Below are positions 60,788-64,000 of a stretch of DNA of 64,000 nucleotides, in pieces. Under the pieces are notes generated by a model. That model ran no database searches. It was not told the origin of the DNA and was given only the letters and a program-made list of their open reading frames with translations. Both the position numbers and the translations under genes were made by a program. Origin of the DNA: Bispira polyomma (taxonomy: Eukaryota); the NCBI GenBank assembly GCA_965649765.1, contig OZ287749.1, positions 107,074,001 to 107,138,000 on the forward strand, written 5' to 3'. The first letter of the stretch is position 1. Every line of letters starts with the position of its first letter.

Positions 60788-63700
60788 TGTGGAGAGTGTT
60801 GTTTATATAACCACACACTAAATTATATAACCACAGTGAATAACCACACAGGTGAAACTACAGGGGTTTATGTGATAGTGTAAATAACCCACAAACGTAA
60901 TATATCCACAGAATAGATATGACTCCCAGGGTCTTTTGTGTGTGGTCTGAGTATAGGTTAGTGTCCAAGTGAGTCTTCACTCTTTGAAGAAAAATAGATA
61001 TCTGGTTAACTGGCACTCTCAACAGTCAGTTTAAAAGTTCATACACAACTTGAATATATGTATTTACATATATATATATCTTAAATCCAATTTATTTAAT
61101 GGTTACTTTAAACAGGTGTGTAGCCCACACTGTTCCAATGTAAAATGTAATCCTTAGTATAACAAATTTCTGTTGAATTTTTGGTATCACCAGAAAGTAT
61201 ACTACATATTTATAAACGGTGTAAGAATTGTAATTTATTCTTCCTTACATTTCATTCAACTCTATGTATCAATTATGACTTGCACCTGCATAAAATATGA
61301 CATCAGATATCATCCACTATAAACAGTGGTTCTTAAAGTTTATAATTTAATGCAATCCCTTTCTATTACATATATCACACAAGTTACCAAAAATATACTT
61401 CATTCAAATCATATCTTAATTAGAGCACTAATCAAAAATATACATCAACACGCATATACTGTATGCAAAGAATTCTTGTTAACTTGGCGATATCCTTAGG
61501 GTTGAACTTGATTTTTCCACTTTCTATTTTTCAAAATCATGTTTTTAAAATATGCCCAAGTATACATGCTGCACTGATAGAACCACTGGAGTGTTCACAC
61601 TGAGTTCTGCTCACATTAAATACCATACGTCTTTTATGGGAGATAAAAGGATGTCCAGCTGAATAGAGACTATAATGACTTCAAATAACAATGGGAAAAC
61701 GCCCCCCAGTGAAAATTTTACGTAATATGACACCCCCCCCCCCCCCCTAAAAACCAAATCACCATCAAGTCCTAATATGAACAGACACACGCGATAGACC
61801 GCCACATCGTACACATATTTGATAAATTATCCCATATGTATTGTCTTCCATGGGGAATGGAGGAGTCTCTTTATAAAAGGACCTAGAATTTCTATATTAA
61901 AATGCACCCAACTTTTCCCCACAGGCCATAAAGTGTATAAAACAGCTGGTTGTTGACGTTGCCCCGAGAAAGTAATTCTGTATTATTAAATTTCCCACAC
62001 AAATTCTCTATTATTTTGGTCTTTAAGTTTCTTATAATAATATGAATGACTTCAATTCCTTGCTCCGAGCGTTACCATCATTTAATACAACAGCTAAAAA
62101 GTGTGTGACTTTTTTAGATTGATTTCATAGATGTGCAAATTTTATTCAGAAAATGATTTAGTTCTCATATTTTACTTTTAAATCGTGATAATAATATATT
62201 CCATTTCTTTGGTGGTTATTTTCAATGACAAGAATAAATATAACACACTTTATAAGATAGTGCACACTTTCTGCAATGGCTAATTTTTGCCAGGCAGTAC
62301 CTTAAAGGCTGCTAATATCAAACTAAGTTTGGAGTTAATTTTCCACCCATCATCATCACAAATATATATAGCCACGTCATTCACGCATATCATATTTATC
62401 TTCACAACCTATAAATTTATCTGCACGGCGAGTTTAAGAACTTACAGCAAGTTTATCTTACGATGAATGACTATGAATGTGTAGCTGGGTGATATTTATT
62501 ATGGTTAAATTCTGTAGTCCAATAATCATTAAATGGTGACTTTGACCTTAGAAATAAAAACATTTTGTCTCAGTGATTATTGTTACAGCGAGTAACTTAA
62601 GTAGGTAAAAGCCTGATAAAGAAACACACACCTTAAAGTACACTGACATGTTTTGTTTTAGTGCATGTAATGATGTGAAATGGTACTGTGTAATTGTCCA
62701 TGCCTTTTGTAACATGTCCTTAATATATGTTCATGTATTTTAAGATATATTTGAAAAATAAATCCGTTTGTGACCAAGAACCTATCCTTAGACATAATAA
62801 AAATACTCAATCTTTTTTTGACAAACACGTTTTCTGTAATGCTTATAAATATTTAGAAACCACAGTAAACAGCACTATAAAAACACATACATCTCAAATG
62901 CCCATTCAAGCAAATATCCTCCATTTTCGTAAACACGTGTGCAATTTTTTAAAGGTATTGAGAGACGTCACGTGTGACGTCAATTCGCACAAGAAGCACG
63001 TTTATAAACAAGTTCTGGAATTTCAGGAATTTTTCAGTCACCCGTTGAAGCTTGTAGTTGACATTTTTTTTCTAAAAAAATGACCAATTGAAAATACTTA
63101 TAAAAACCTATGGTATATGAAGGAAGTGAACATCATATTGTAGGTTACAATCACTATATATTTATCTTTTCACAATGGAAGCCACAAGTTTATGAAACAC
63201 TTAGATATCACGTCACCAAATCAGACCCCAATATTTGTATGCATTAAACAGTTTATACACGTTTGACACTGAATCCACTTTTGCCTCCAAGTAAATCCCT
63301 CCAGCCATTATCTTCTACCGCAAAACTGCTACTCTAAGCCAGACACTGTGTATATAGTCTGGTCAAAGGCTCAACTTGTCAGATATAACTGCATTACATT
63401 TAAACATAGCATATGATATTTGCTATACCACACTTATACAGCATAAGGTGTCATCTCTCAAATGCCCTCATGGGCAGCCACTATGGGCGCCAAGGTTTGA
63501 GGATAACCAATTTATCAACGTCCCCAAGGATCTTTATTCTGACTATAGAGATAGTGCTCAGTGACAGAGGACCGTCATTTTATTCGGTCATCCAAAATAA
63601 AACCATAGCCAAATAAAACTAGTGGCCGGTACCGGGATATTCAAACCAGGACCCTTCTAATCAGCAGACCCACTACATGACCACTAGGTCACGGGGAATA

Positions 63701-64000
63701 ACAAGCAATTTAAAACTTCAGGTTAGAAATATCCGGATATATTTGTTGGCTAAAAAGTAGAGTTTACTTTAACGTGGGGGGGGAAGTCTTTCGGTTTTCT
63801 CTGTTACACCCACAAAGAGGGCTGGATCTAGCTTTTCTCAATCGCTGCCCCTATGTTATGGAATAGTCTCCCATTTAAGCTTAGATCACTAGAAACACTT
63901 TCTGGGTTTGGAAGAAACTTTGGGTATGTGTTTTAGACTGTTCAATTGGTAAGTTTGATTCTGGTATTGTGCTTACACCTCGGCTGGTAGAGATTGAAAG

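Noticed and set aside
61000-64000. Short ORFs at the right end
   Set aside because: No motifs or consistent splice phase; AT-rich non-coding DNA with repeat fragments.

Overview
AT-rich, intron-rich animal (invertebrate-like) genomic DNA. There are two convergent spliced genes. (i) The 3' half of an ABCC4/MRP4-like ABC transporter on + (11 exons, 5674-18299; TMD2 plus an intact NBD2). (ii) An apparently complete ANKDD1A-like ankyrin-repeat/death-domain gene on - (14 core exons, 22612-47347, one ankyrin repeat per exon, C-terminal CaaX box CVVS), with three candidate alternative N-terminal exon sets up to 60787. An L1-clade retrotransposon lies antisense in an upstream ABCC intron (1 to ~4396). 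Its ORF1 is fused to a C-terminal NADAR (YbiA-like, ADP-ribosyl-guanine hydrolase family) domain, and its ORF2 endonuclease follows a 1.7-kb spacer. The second striking feature is that about a third of the splice junctions of both genes (16 of 48 by my hand count) are themselves tandemly duplicated into the adjacent intron. This produces unrelated minisatellites (21-114 bp units, up to ~75 copies) that are arrays of decoy donor or acceptor sites. The rest is tRNA-derived SINEs, MITEs, L2/CR1-type 3' fragments and simple repeats. All exon calls were read by eye from GT-AG boundaries, phase continuity and recalled protein motifs; no database search was run.
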